Of a DNA stretch of 64,000 nt, positions 19,630 to 28,863 are shown in pieces. A program made the position numbers and the translations under genes. The stretch comes from an uncultured Dehalococcoidales bacterium (GTDB lineage: Bacteria > Chloroflexota > Dehalococcoidia > Lucifugimonadales > Lucifugimonadaceae), in NCBI GenBank assembly GCA_964590915.1, contig CAZPYN010000002.1, positions 17,426 to 81,425 of the forward strand. Direction: 5' to 3'. Each line of letters begins with the position of its first letter. The first letter of the stretch is position 1. The notes under the pieces are model-generated. The model ran no database searches. It worked only from the letters and a program-made list of their open reading frames with translations, and had not been told where the DNA came from.

Positions 19630-20776
19630 TTTTAATCGAGTAAATATTTGATTCTGCTATAGATTTTTTGTCAATTAAATTCATATCTGCTGTAGATATA
19701 AGAACTTGTTCAAATTTTTTTATTTTTTTTATAATATTATTTCTAATTTTTTGATCAAGTTCTGAGAAAATATCATCTAAAATAAGTATAGGTTTTTTAT
19801 TTGTTAAGTTTATAATTTCTTCGGCCTCAGATAACTTAAGAGCTAGCGACATTATTCTAGCTTGTCCTCTTGACGCACTACTTGAAGCAATAGTTTCATT
19901 AAAATTTATAATAAAATCATCCCTGTGAGGCCCTAGTAAAGTAGTTCGTTGCTCAATATCTCTTTTATAATTTTTTTCTATCGCTTTAGTATATAAATCT
20001 TTTATATCTTGGATAGTTGGATTTTCATTAAATATTTCTGTTGATTCATTAGAACCTATACGTGGAGTATAATAAATTTCCATTTCTATACTTTGGTTTA
20101 ATTCATTAGCAAATTCTTTGGAATTTTTCATTAATTTTTTTAAAATTGAATTTCTCTCAAAAAAAATACTCGATCCTTCTTCTGATAACCTAGAGTCCCA
20201 AAATTCTAATTCAATTTTATTACTTTTCCCATCTTTGATATTTTTTATTAGTTTATTTCGCTGCATTAGGACTTTTTGAAACCTTTGAAGGTTTTTGACA
20301 TGATTATTATTGATTTGACTTAGTAAAATATTTAAATATTTACGTCTTCCACTTGGGGGGCCTGTAATTATTCGAATGTCATCTGTGTCAAAAAAGACAG
20401 AATTTACATTCCCAACAAATTCTTGTGTAGAGACAATAACTCCGTTGATTCTGAAAGTTTTAGTAATATCCATATTCTGAAAAACCTCATAGTCTATTTG
20501 AGCCTTAATATTGTTAGTTTTTTCTTCAGCTATTCCTAAAATTTGTGCATGCCCTGAACTATCTAATAAACTGTGGTTTATTAGATATTTATCGTGAGAA
20601 ACTCTCGATGACTTGGCTATAGAAAGCATATAAATACTTTCCAGAAGGTTACTTTTTCCATGGCCATTATCACCAAAGAAAACATTAAAACCTTCATAAA
20701 GATCTAATGAAGATTTTTTGTGATTTCTATAATTATCTAATACTAAACTTTTTAATTTTATTTCTAAACTCTCTAT
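19607..20776 (-). CDS. recF: DNA replication/repair protein RecF (start codon unresolved)
   Basis: The ORF-track ORF (from the ATG at 20629) lacks the N-terminus. The same frame stays open upstream to the TGA at 20777-20779 and encodes IKLKSLVLDNYRNH...FFGDNGHGKSNLLESIY (RecF N-terminus plus Walker A). The ABC signature-like SASRGQARIMSLALKL and Walker B PILILDDIFSELD lie downstream. No in-frame ATG/GTG/TTG precedes Walker A. Confidence 0.85.
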   Translation of the reverse strand: MESLEIKLKSLVLDNYRNHKKSSLDLYEGFNVFFGDNGHGKSNLLESIYMLSIAKSSRVSHDKYLINHSLLDSSGHAQILGIAEEKTNNIKAQIDYEVFQNMDITKTFRINGVIVSTQEFVGNVNSVFFDTDDIRIITGPPSGRRKYLNILLSQINNNHVKNLQRFQKVLMQRNKLIKNIKDGKSNKIELEFWDSRLSEEGSSIFFERNSILKKLMKNSKEFANELNQSIEMEIYYTPRIGSNESTEIFNENPTIQDIKDLYTKAIEKNYKRDIEQRTTLLGPHRDDFIINFNETIASSSASRGQARIMSLALKLSEAEEIINLTNKKPILILDDIFSELDQKIRNNIIKKIKKFEQVLISTADMNLIDKKSIAESNIYSIKNGKVSKE

Positions 20777-20838
20777 TCATCTTTTTCTTATATGATAAAT
20801 TTTTATAAAGACTTAGTAACATTAATTTTGAGGTTTTT

Positions 20839-21357
20839 TTGAAAATCAATTTAAAAGACTATGTAAATTCTATTGAGGACTTTCCAAAAAAAGGAATTAT
20901 TTTCAGAGACATTTCTCCAATTTTTCAAAATATAGATGTGTTGAACCATGTGGTTAAAGAGATGTACAAATTGATCAAAGATTATGACGCTGACTATTTG
21001 TGTGGAATTGACTCTAGGGGCTTTCTTATCGCGTCACCATTAGCCATTCATTCCAAAATTCCATTATTATTGATTAGAAAAAAAGGGAAATTACCTCCTC
21101 CTACTATTAGAGAAGCCTATGATTTAGAATATGGGGATTCATTTTTAGAGATGTCAAAATCTGTAGACCTTATAAATAAAAAAGTAATTATAATCGATGA
21201 TGTTCTGGCTACTGGCGGCACCGCAGTCGCTTCAATTAAATTATTAGAAAAATTAAGGGCTAATATAGTAAATCTCAGTTTTTTAATTAATTTAACTAAT
21301 ATCCCTAAAAAAAATAAATTAATTACAAAAAAAATAAAATTTCTTATTTCTTACTAA
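20839..21357 (+). CDS. apt: adenine phosphoribosyltransferase
   Basis: 172 aa with a TTG start, FPKKGIIFRDISP and the PRPP loop VIIIDDVLATGGTA. Confidence 0.9.
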   Translation: MKINLKDYVNSIEDFPKKGIIFRDISPIFQNIDVLNHVVKEMYKLIKDYDADYLCGIDSRGFLIASPLAIHSKIPLLLIRKKGKLPPPTIREAYDLEYGDSFLEMSKSVDLINKKVIIIDDVLATGGTAVASIKLLEKLRANIVNLSFLINLTNIPKKNKLITKKIKFLISY

Positions 21358-21358
21358 A

Positions 21359-22108
21359 ATGAGTTATTTAATCACATTAGACTTATGGGGAACAATAATG
21401 GGAGAAAAAGATTATTCTTCTGTATCACCTAAAAGAAGTATGAAAAAATCTGAATTAGTTTTTGATTATCTTAAAGATTTTTCAAATACTATAACCTTAA
21501 ATGATGTTATTGAGGCTCTTGAATTTACAGTCAATAAAATATCTCTCTATTCTAGGTTTTTTTGTGATAAGCTTTTTTTTGATTGGTTACTCATTTTTAT
21601 TTGTAGAATTGATCATAATTTAGATAAAAAATTAACCAAAGCTCAAATAATTTATATTGGAGAATTAATTGATAGAGCATTTTTGGAATTTCCTCCGATT
21701 ATTTTTGATGGTAGTTTAAAACTAATAGAATTTTGTAAAAAAAATCAAATAAAAATAGGAATTATTTCTAATACTGGATTTAATTCCCCAATGGTTTATA
21801 GGAATTGGCTAGTAAATGAAAAAATTTTTTATGATGAAATTGTACTTTCGAATGAATTAGGAATGGCAAAACCTGATAAAAAAATTTTTCATTATACTTT
21901 AGATAAACTAAGCATCTCTCCTGTCAATTCTATCCATTTTGGAGACAATCCTGTAGCTGATATCATGGGAGCCAATGCTATAGGTATTACAAGTGTTCTA
22001 ATTTCAAAAAACAATTCAAAAAACTCAATTGACTCGAAAAATTTTATGATAATAGATAATATAAATGAATCAGTTAAAGTAATGAAAAAATGGCTAGATT
22101 TATTTTGA
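21359..22108 (+). CDS. HAD-superfamily hydrolase (subfamily IA-like)
   Basis: 249 aa. Motif I is LDLWGT (atypical; Trp at the D+2 position), motif II ISNTG, motif III KPDKKIF and motif IV FGDNPVADIMGA. Confidence 0.7.
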   Translation: MSYLITLDLWGTIMGEKDYSSVSPKRSMKKSELVFDYLKDFSNTITLNDVIEALEFTVNKISLYSRFFCDKLFFDWLLIFICRIDHNLDKKLTKAQIIYIGELIDRAFLEFPPIIFDGSLKLIEFCKKNQIKIGIISNTGFNSPMVYRNWLVNEKIFYDEIVLSNELGMAKPDKKIFHYTLDKLSISPVNSIHFGDNPVADIMGANAIGITSVLISKNNSKNSIDSKNFMIIDNINESVKVMKKWLDLF

Positions 22109-22786
22109 AAAATTTGTAAAAAATTTTATTGAACTAATAAATGCATAACAAAAAAAATGAATACTTAAAAATCCTAGAACTATAAATAAAGTTATTTCCA
22201 TAAAGAATCTTTCGGGGAAGATAATTATCAAATAATCATTCATAGGATCTAGAATCCATAAGTCATTTGTAAAAACTAATTGATGAAATAATAAAAAAGT
22301 TTTATTGAAATTGACACCTATTGAAATCAAAATAATTAACAGTAATGCACCCCAAATAAGTGATGATTTCAATAAAATGTTTCTTAAAATATTTGTTTTA
22401 CTTTCTTTGAATTTTCCAAATAAGATTATAGCTAAGATTAGTATCAAAATTAAAGCACTTATTCTTTGAAAACCCATTACAAGTTTAATCAAATGTTTAA
22501 CATCAGTCATATGGTCTATTTCCTTCTGTTTAAATACAGAAAGACTTTGATTATCTCTTAAAATTGATACATTTAGATATTCTTCATTATCTTTGAAATA
22601 AACTTTTATTTCATCTGCAGATTTATCAAGTTCTTCAATTGTTAAATTTGTAATTTCAGAAATATTATTTCTATCCCAATTATATTCATATATCCAATCT
22701 GAGAATGTTATAATTTCAAAACTAGTAGATAATAGAAATGGGATCCATAAAAACGATGCTGTTAGTTTACTAAAATTAATAATCAT
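22100..22786 (-). CDS. multi-pass integral membrane protein (topology reminiscent of DUF1461/TIGR01906)
   Basis: 228 aa: an N-terminal TM, a soluble loop of about 90 aa, then 3-4 TM helices. Family assignment is by topology only. Confidence 0.35.
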   Translation of the reverse strand: MIINFSKLTASFLWIPFLLSTSFEIITFSDWIYEYNWDRNNISEITNLTIEELDKSADEIKVYFKDNEEYLNVSILRDNQSLSVFKQKEIDHMTDVKHLIKLVMGFQRISALILILILAIILFGKFKESKTNILRNILLKSSLIWGALLLIILISIGVNFNKTFLLFHQLVFTNDLWILDPMNDYLIIIFPERFFMEITLFIVLGFLSIHFFCYAFISSIKFFTNFSK

Positions 22787-22807
22787 ATTATTAATATATC
22801 TTCTTTT

Positions 22808-23548
22808 ATGAGTAAAAAAAATAAATTATTAGAATTAGAAAATATAATAAAAAAATTGAGAAGTGATAAAGGTTGTCCTTGGGATAGAGAATTAGATTTT
22901 GAATCTCTAAAAACTTTGACATTAGAAGAAGCTTATGAACTCATTGATGCATTGGAAAAAAATGATAAACATTTAATTTTAGATGAATTGTCAGATTTAT
23001 TAGTTCATATTATGTTCTATTCTGAAATTGCTAATGCTTCAAATCTATTTAATCTTGATGACATATTGGATCACGCAAGAAAAAAATTAATAAAAAGACA
23101 TCCACATGTTTTTGATACAGAGAATTTTGGTAATTTAAAAACACCAGAAGAAGTCGAAAAAAATTGGATAAAACTCAAAGGTGAAAATACAAATACCAAA
23201 AATAGTTTTTTAGATGAGTTTAATTTTTTTTCTCATTCAAGTGTATTAATGAAAAGGTTAATTAAGAAACTAATATCTTTAAATATTCAAATAAACAAAA
23301 AAGAAGTACCAAAGAGGATTTTAGGTTTCGAAGAAATTCCAAATCAATTATTCAAACTATATTTCTATTTAATTCAAAACAATATTGACCCAGAAATTGA
23401 AATAAGAAAGAAAATAAATTCTATTAAGCAAAAAATCATCAACTTTGAAAATAGTAGCAATAAAAAATTTACAGACCTAGAAGATGAAATAATTTATAAT
23501 TTATTATTTGTTGATAAAGACGAAAATGAGGAAGGACCTAGACAATGA
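22808..23548 (+). CDS. mazG: MazG-family nucleoside triphosphate pyrophosphohydrolase
   Basis: 246 aa with GCPWDRE, LEEAYELIDA and ELSDLLVHIMFY in the N-terminal MazG domain. The C-terminal half is divergent. Confidence 0.8.
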   Translation: MSKKNKLLELENIIKKLRSDKGCPWDRELDFESLKTLTLEEAYELIDALEKNDKHLILDELSDLLVHIMFYSEIANASNLFNLDDILDHARKKLIKRHPHVFDTENFGNLKTPEEVEKNWIKLKGENTNTKNSFLDEFNFFSHSSVLMKRLIKKLISLNIQINKKEVPKRILGFEEIPNQLFKLYFYLIQNNIDPEIEIRKKINSIKQKIINFENSSNKKFTDLEDEIIYNLLFVDKDENEEGPRQ

Positions 23549-24606
23549 AAGCGCTCTTATATTATGGGAATAATGACATAAGATTAGAGGAAATAGAAAA
23601 GCCCAAACCAAAATCAAATGAAGTATTGGTAAAAGTAAAATATACATCATTATGCGCTACTGATATTGAAGAATGGCAATTCGGACCCCTGTGGATCCAA
23701 ACTAATACCTCAAATCCAATAAGTGGTAAGAAAGCTCCATTAGTTATGGGACATGAAATATCAGGAGTTGTAGATTCTGTAGGAGATATTAACCAACAAA
23801 AATTAATTGGATCAAGAGTTGTAATAAATAACGTACTTACCTGTGGTGATTGTTACTGGTGCCAATCAGGTCATCATGCTGTATGTCCATCTATGGCTGT
23901 AGCAGGATTATCCGCTGATGGAGGGCTACAAGAGTATATGGTTTGGCCCGTCAAAAATATTATTCCAGTGCCTGATAGTATATCTGATGAAGAAATTTCT
24001 TTACTAGAACCGGCTACAATAGCAGTACATGCAGTTCGAAAATCAGGAATTAAACCAGGAGATATTGCCGTTGTGGTTGGGTGTGGTACAGTGGGACTTT
24101 TAACACTTCAAACTTTATTAGCTGCTGGAGCTATGGTGATAGCTGTTGATATTAACGAAAAAAAATTAAATTTAGCTAAAAAATTTGGAGCTACAAATAG
24201 TTTTAAGGTTCAAAAAAATATTTCTCATTTATATAAACAAATCTTATCCATTACCAATAATATTGGCCCTGATTATGTATTTGAAACAGCAGGCGCTGAG
24301 GAATCTCCTGAAATATCAATAAATCTAGCTCGAAGGGGAGGAACAATAATTTTAGTGGGGATATATTCACATAAACCGGTGTTTGATTTTAATCAAATAG
24401 TTAGTCTAGAAAAAAAAGTTATTGGTTCTGTTGCGGCTGAAAATGATGATATGAAACACGCAGTTAATTTGGTTTCAAAAGGAAGAATTAAACTTAAGCC
24501 ATTGATAACAGAAACTATAAATTTATCCAATGTAATTGAAGAAGGTTTTAAGAAAATGTTGGATGCTGATAAAGAAATCTTTAGAATAATAGTGGAACCA
24601 GACTAG
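23545..24606 (+). CDS. zinc-dependent alcohol/polyol dehydrogenase (MDR family, sorbitol/threonine-DH-like)
   Basis: 353 aa with the catalytic Zn site CATD...GHEISG, the structural Zn site CGDCYWCQSGHHAVC and the Rossmann motif VVGCGTVG. ATGA overlap with mazG. Confidence 0.85.
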   Translation: MKALLYYGNNDIRLEEIEKPKPKSNEVLVKVKYTSLCATDIEEWQFGPLWIQTNTSNPISGKKAPLVMGHEISGVVDSVGDINQQKLIGSRVVINNVLTCGDCYWCQSGHHAVCPSMAVAGLSADGGLQEYMVWPVKNIIPVPDSISDEEISLLEPATIAVHAVRKSGIKPGDIAVVVGCGTVGLLTLQTLLAAGAMVIAVDINEKKLNLAKKFGATNSFKVQKNISHLYKQILSITNNIGPDYVFETAGAEESPEISINLARRGGTIILVGIYSHKPVFDFNQIVSLEKKVIGSVAAENDDMKHAVNLVSKGRIKLKPLITETINLSNVIEEGFKKMLDADKEIFRIIVEPD

Positions 24607-24686
24607 TTATGATGAATTCTGATAATTTTCTATTTAAATTTTAATAAATAAAGATAACTTTATTCAAGATTTGTGAATTTAATGAA

Positions 24687-25847
24687 ATGAAATATATTAT
24701 GAAAACTTTATTTTTTATACCTATGTTTACTTTTCAATTGATTAGTTGTTATACGCCTAATCAGAATTATGAAATAATTAGTAATTTTCAAGATTATGAA
24801 ATGATAAATCAAGATGAAATAAGACTTGAAAAAATTGATCTTACAAAAACTTTTGATAATCCATGGGCAATCGAAATTCTTGATTCTAATGATTTTCTAG
24901 TAAGTGAAAAATATGGAGAAATAACTTTTGTAAATCATATTACAAAAGAACACCATTTAATTTCTCATAATATTCCATCACTCAAAGTAGGTCAGGGAGG
25001 GTTGCTTGATTTATTAGTACACGAAAACTATCTATATGTTTCATTTACTAAAGATAATGGAGATGGACATTACACTACAGCTATTGGACGGGGAGAATTT
25101 ACCTTTCCCTACCGAAAGGTTAATAATTTTAAGATTATCTTTGAAGCTATTCCTTACTTTTCAGATACAAAACATTTTGGATCAATATTACTCATCAAAG
25201 ATGATTACTTATACGCTTCTATAGGGGAACGAGGACAGGGTATCACCGCTCAAGAATTAGATTCTCATGCTGGAAGTATCATAAGAATAAATCTCGATGG
25301 TTCTATTGTAGATAATCCAAAAAATGTTAGCACTATTCTTCCAGAATTATTTATGGTTGGTGTGAGGAACCCTCAAGGAATGTCAATTTCACCTAATGGT
25401 GGAATTTTCATTTCAAATCATGGTGCTAAAGGAGGTGATTTTATAGGAGAAGTTGTTGGTGGAGAAAATTATGGATGGAATAAAATTGGTTGGGGAGGAA
25501 CAAACTATACAGGAACTAAAATTGGCGATGGTGATAGTTTCTCTGATGAATTTATGCTTCCCATAATTTCTTGGGTCCCATCTATAGCTCCTGGAGATAT
25601 TACATTTTACAGTGGAGATGAGTTCTTAAATTGGGATCAAAACCTTCTTGTGACATCCCTAAAATATAAACTTCTAGTCAAGCTTGAGATGCGTAAAGGA
25701 AAGATAGTTAATAAACAAATAATTTTCAGAGATAAAATAGGAAGATTAAGGGATATTGAAGTAAATAATAATGGCGAAATTTACTTGATAACTGACGAAA
25801 AAAAATCTTCTATATGGCGTTTGACTAGTGTACAAAATAATCGCTGA
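24687..25847 (+). CDS. PQQ-dependent (soluble glucose/sorbosone dehydrogenase-type) sugar dehydrogenase, lipoprotein
   Basis: 386 aa with a lipobox (FQLISC) after a hydrophobic leader. Motifs: NPWAIEIL, HAGSIIRINLDGS and GVRNPQGMSISPNGG...GENYGWN. Confidence 0.75.
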   Translation: MKYIMKTLFFIPMFTFQLISCYTPNQNYEIISNFQDYEMINQDEIRLEKIDLTKTFDNPWAIEILDSNDFLVSEKYGEITFVNHITKEHHLISHNIPSLKVGQGGLLDLLVHENYLYVSFTKDNGDGHYTTAIGRGEFTFPYRKVNNFKIIFEAIPYFSDTKHFGSILLIKDDYLYASIGERGQGITAQELDSHAGSIIRINLDGSIVDNPKNVSTILPELFMVGVRNPQGMSISPNGGIFISNHGAKGGDFIGEVVGGENYGWNKIGWGGTNYTGTKIGDGDSFSDEFMLPIISWVPSIAPGDITFYSGDEFLNWDQNLLVTSLKYKLLVKLEMRKGKIVNKQIIFRDKIGRLRDIEVNNNGEIYLITDEKKSSIWRLTSVQNNR

Positions 25848-25919
25848 AAAAAGTTTAATTATTAGGGATTTTAATTTTTTATATCCTGTATAGTAAATTG
25901 AAATAAGGGAAAATGATTA

Positions 25920-26996
25920 ATGAGCACAAACTATCAAGATGAAAGAGCTTTTGGAGCTAGAATTTCTGACTCTTGGCATTATCGAGGGTTGAAAACTGTA
26001 ATTTTGGAAAATAAATTTATCCGAATTCAAATTATTGCAGATAAAGGCGCTGATATTTCAAGTTTTATTTATAAACCTACTGATACAGAAATCATGTTCA
26101 AAACCCCCTGGGGTATAAGGAATCCATCAATTAATGTTCCTTCTTCTGGGGATGCTTCTTCAGTTTGGTTAGATTACTATGAAGGAGGATGGCAAACAGT
26201 GATTCCACATGGTGGATATCCAAGTACATATTATGGAGCAGATTTTGGAATTCATGGTGATGTAAATAATATTCCGTGGGATACTAAAATTATTGAAGAT
26301 ACTCCAGAGCTATGTAAGGTAGAATTTACAGGTAGAAGTATACGAAGTCCATTTGAAATTAAAAGATTAGTATGTTTGAAATCTGATGAAAGTTTTATAG
26401 AAATCCATCAAGAAGTAACAAATTTTGGAGAAGAAGATTTAAATATAGTTTGGTTAGAACATATTGCTGTTGGAGGAACTTTTTTATCTGAAGATTGTAC
26501 TTTAACGATTCCAGATTGTACTATACTGTCTCACCCAGAAGATGTCGATAAATCCTCAAAATTAAAACCTGATTTTTCCGGTCCTTGGCCCTTTGTAGAA
26601 ATGAAAGATGGAAGTTTATCCGATTTTAGATTAATTCCTGGGAAATCAGATAGGTCTTTAGATATGGCGTATTTTACCGATTTATCTGATGGCTGGTATG
26701 TCGTGACAAATAATAAAATAAATTTATCATGGGGTGTAGAATTCCCAAAAGAATTATTCAAATATATTTGGTATTGGAGAAATTATGGTGGAGGTTATGG
26801 TTATCCATGGTATGGAAGAAGCTATAATGCAGGACTTGAACCCTGTACAAGTTGGGGCAATGGCGGAGTTGATAATGCAAAAAATAATGGTTCTGCATTT
26901 CCTGTAAAAGCTGGACAAACAATTTCGGCAAATATGAAAGCTGGTATAATCTCACAATATTCGATTGATGAAAGAAAAGGTCCTTTTGACAAATAA
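25920..26996 (+). CDS. aldose-epimerase-superfamily protein (DUF4432-like)
   Basis: 358 aa. The general pattern (LENKFIRIQIIADKGADISSF...; GIHGDVNNIPW; GLEPCTS) resembles DUF4432/galactose mutarotase-like folds. Moderate certainty. Confidence 0.5.
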   Translation: MSTNYQDERAFGARISDSWHYRGLKTVILENKFIRIQIIADKGADISSFIYKPTDTEIMFKTPWGIRNPSINVPSSGDASSVWLDYYEGGWQTVIPHGGYPSTYYGADFGIHGDVNNIPWDTKIIEDTPELCKVEFTGRSIRSPFEIKRLVCLKSDESFIEIHQEVTNFGEEDLNIVWLEHIAVGGTFLSEDCTLTIPDCTILSHPEDVDKSSKLKPDFSGPWPFVEMKDGSLSDFRLIPGKSDRSLDMAYFTDLSDGWYVVTNNKINLSWGVEFPKELFKYIWYWRNYGGGYGYPWYGRSYNAGLEPCTSWGNGGVDNAKNNGSAFPVKAGQTISANMKAGIISQYSIDERKGPFDK

Positions 26997-27023
26997 AGGA
27001 TTTAATTACTTATAAGAATATTA

Positions 27024-27818
27024 TTATCCCTGTAGTTCTGTATCCCATCCTCCCTTAGCCATAATTCCTCCATCTACAATAATATATTCTCCAGATATAA
27101 AAGATGCTTTTTCACTACATAAAAATGAGGCCACTTGTCCTATTTCTTTGGGCTCTCCGATCCTTCCCATAGGAATATCTTCCCCAAACAATTTTAAAGA
27201 TTCATTTATGTTTCCAGAAATTGAGCTTGTTACCATAGGGGTGTTAATTGTACCAGGGCATATAGCATTTATTCTTATGTTTTCTTTAATATAGTCTAGC
27301 GACATTTGTCTTGTTAAAGACAAAACAGCACCCTTACTTGCAGCATAGGGTGGAACAAGTTTTTGTGATTGTAAACCCTGTACACTCGCTATATTCACAA
27401 TTGCACCTTGTCCATTTTTCCTCATAAAAGGGATTGAGTATTTAGACATCAAAAAATAGCTTTTTAGGTTTATATTTATAATAGCATCCCAAACTTCCTC
27501 AGAAGTTTCTTCTACATTTTTATAAGATGTAGATGGCTGTATTCCTACGTTATTTACCAATATACTTATGTTTCCTAGTCTGCTTACGCACTCTTCGATT
27601 ACCTTTTTAGGTTCTGCAGAATTTTCAAAATTTGCTTGAATGTAAATTGCTTTTCTACCCAATTTCTCTAATTCATTAACTGTTTTAATTCCATGTTCTT
27701 CTGAAATGTCCGCTATACATACTTGAGCCCCCTCTGAAGAAAGAACATCAACAATCCCCTTTCCAATACCTTGCGCTCCACCTGTTACTAAAGCTATTTT
27801 GTTATCATGATCACCCAT
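27024..27818 (-). CDS. short-chain dehydrogenase/reductase (classical SDR)
   Basis: 264 aa with TGGAQGIG, NNVG and the canonical catalytic YAASK. Confidence 0.85.
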   Translation of the reverse strand: MGDHDNKIALVTGGAQGIGKGIVDVLSSEGAQVCIADISEEHGIKTVNELEKLGRKAIYIQANFENSAEPKKVIEECVSRLGNISILVNNVGIQPSTSYKNVEETSEEVWDAIININLKSYFLMSKYSIPFMRKNGQGAIVNIASVQGLQSQKLVPPYAASKGAVLSLTRQMSLDYIKENIRINAICPGTINTPMVTSSISGNINESLKLFGEDIPMGRIGEPKEIGQVASFLCSEKASFISGEYIIVDGGIMAKGGWDTELQG

Positions 27819-27909
27819 ATATCCCCTTTCTAATAATATTCTTCAAAAAGTATACATGATGTGAATATTTACTGATATTATAAAAATCAAATTGTAAACG
27901 AGGAGACGA

Positions 27910-28809
27910 ATGAAATATCATATTGAAAAAGTTGCTTCACCTGAAGCCATAGTTGGAGAAGGCCCTGTATGGAACCAAGAAGAAGCGAAATTATATTGGA
28001 CTGATATTCAGGGAGGTAAATTATTTAAATATAACCCGATAGATAACTCAAATGAAATAATACATGAAGGAATTGAAGTTGGAGGTTTCAGGTTTAATGA
28101 TGGAGGAGGATTGATTTTAGGAACTTGGAAAGGAATAATGCTCTGGAATTCGGATGATGATTTTAGTTGGATTAAAATTGGAAATTTTGAAGGAAAAGAT
28201 ACTGCTATTAGAATTAATGATGTTATTTCTGGACCAGATGGTAGCTTTTATTGTGGAACCGACACTTCAAAATGGAAAAATGATATTCTCTTTAGATTAA
28301 ATAGTGATAGAACAATCGATATTATTGATGAAGGAATAACTTTATGTAATGGTATGGGATTTTCCCCTGACGAAACAAAGTTCTATAATACCGATACTTT
28401 GGCAAAAACCATTTATCAATGGGACTATAATGCTACCAAAAAGTCTTTATCAAACAAAAAAATTTTAGTTAAAATTGAAGATGATTTTGAAGGTATATCA
28501 GATGGAATGACCGTCGATTCAGAAGGATTTATTTGGTCGGCTATTTGGTTTGGTTCCAAAGTTAAGCGATTTGATCCTGATGGGAAACTAGAAAGGGAAA
28601 TACATTTTCCTGCTACTCAAACTTCTTGTCCAATGTTTGGAGGGAAAGATTTAAATGAATTATATGTTACTACAGCGAGTTCAGGTACCGGAGATCCTCC
28701 AATAGGGTTTGAACCACAAGATTATGATTATAAAGCATATAGAGGAGGAGATCTTTTTAGAGTGAAGTTAGATATTCAAGGGAAGCCAGAATACAAAACA
28801 AAATTTTAA
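27910..28809 (+). CDS. SMP-30/gluconolactonase/LRE-like lactonase
   Basis: 299 aa with EGPVWNQEEAKLYWTDI, NDVISGPDGSFY, CNGMGFSPDE and SDGMTVDSEGFIW. Confidence 0.8.
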   Translation: MKYHIEKVASPEAIVGEGPVWNQEEAKLYWTDIQGGKLFKYNPIDNSNEIIHEGIEVGGFRFNDGGGLILGTWKGIMLWNSDDDFSWIKIGNFEGKDTAIRINDVISGPDGSFYCGTDTSKWKNDILFRLNSDRTIDIIDEGITLCNGMGFSPDETKFYNTDTLAKTIYQWDYNATKKSLSNKKILVKIEDDFEGISDGMTVDSEGFIWSAIWFGSKVKRFDPDGKLEREIHFPATQTSCPMFGGKDLNELYVTTASSGTGDPPIGFEPQDYDYKAYRGGDLFRVKLDIQGKPEYKTKF

Positions 28810-28863
28810 TGTTTTTACAATTCAAATAATGTAATGTATTTTCTTTCTCTGTGATCTTCTATT

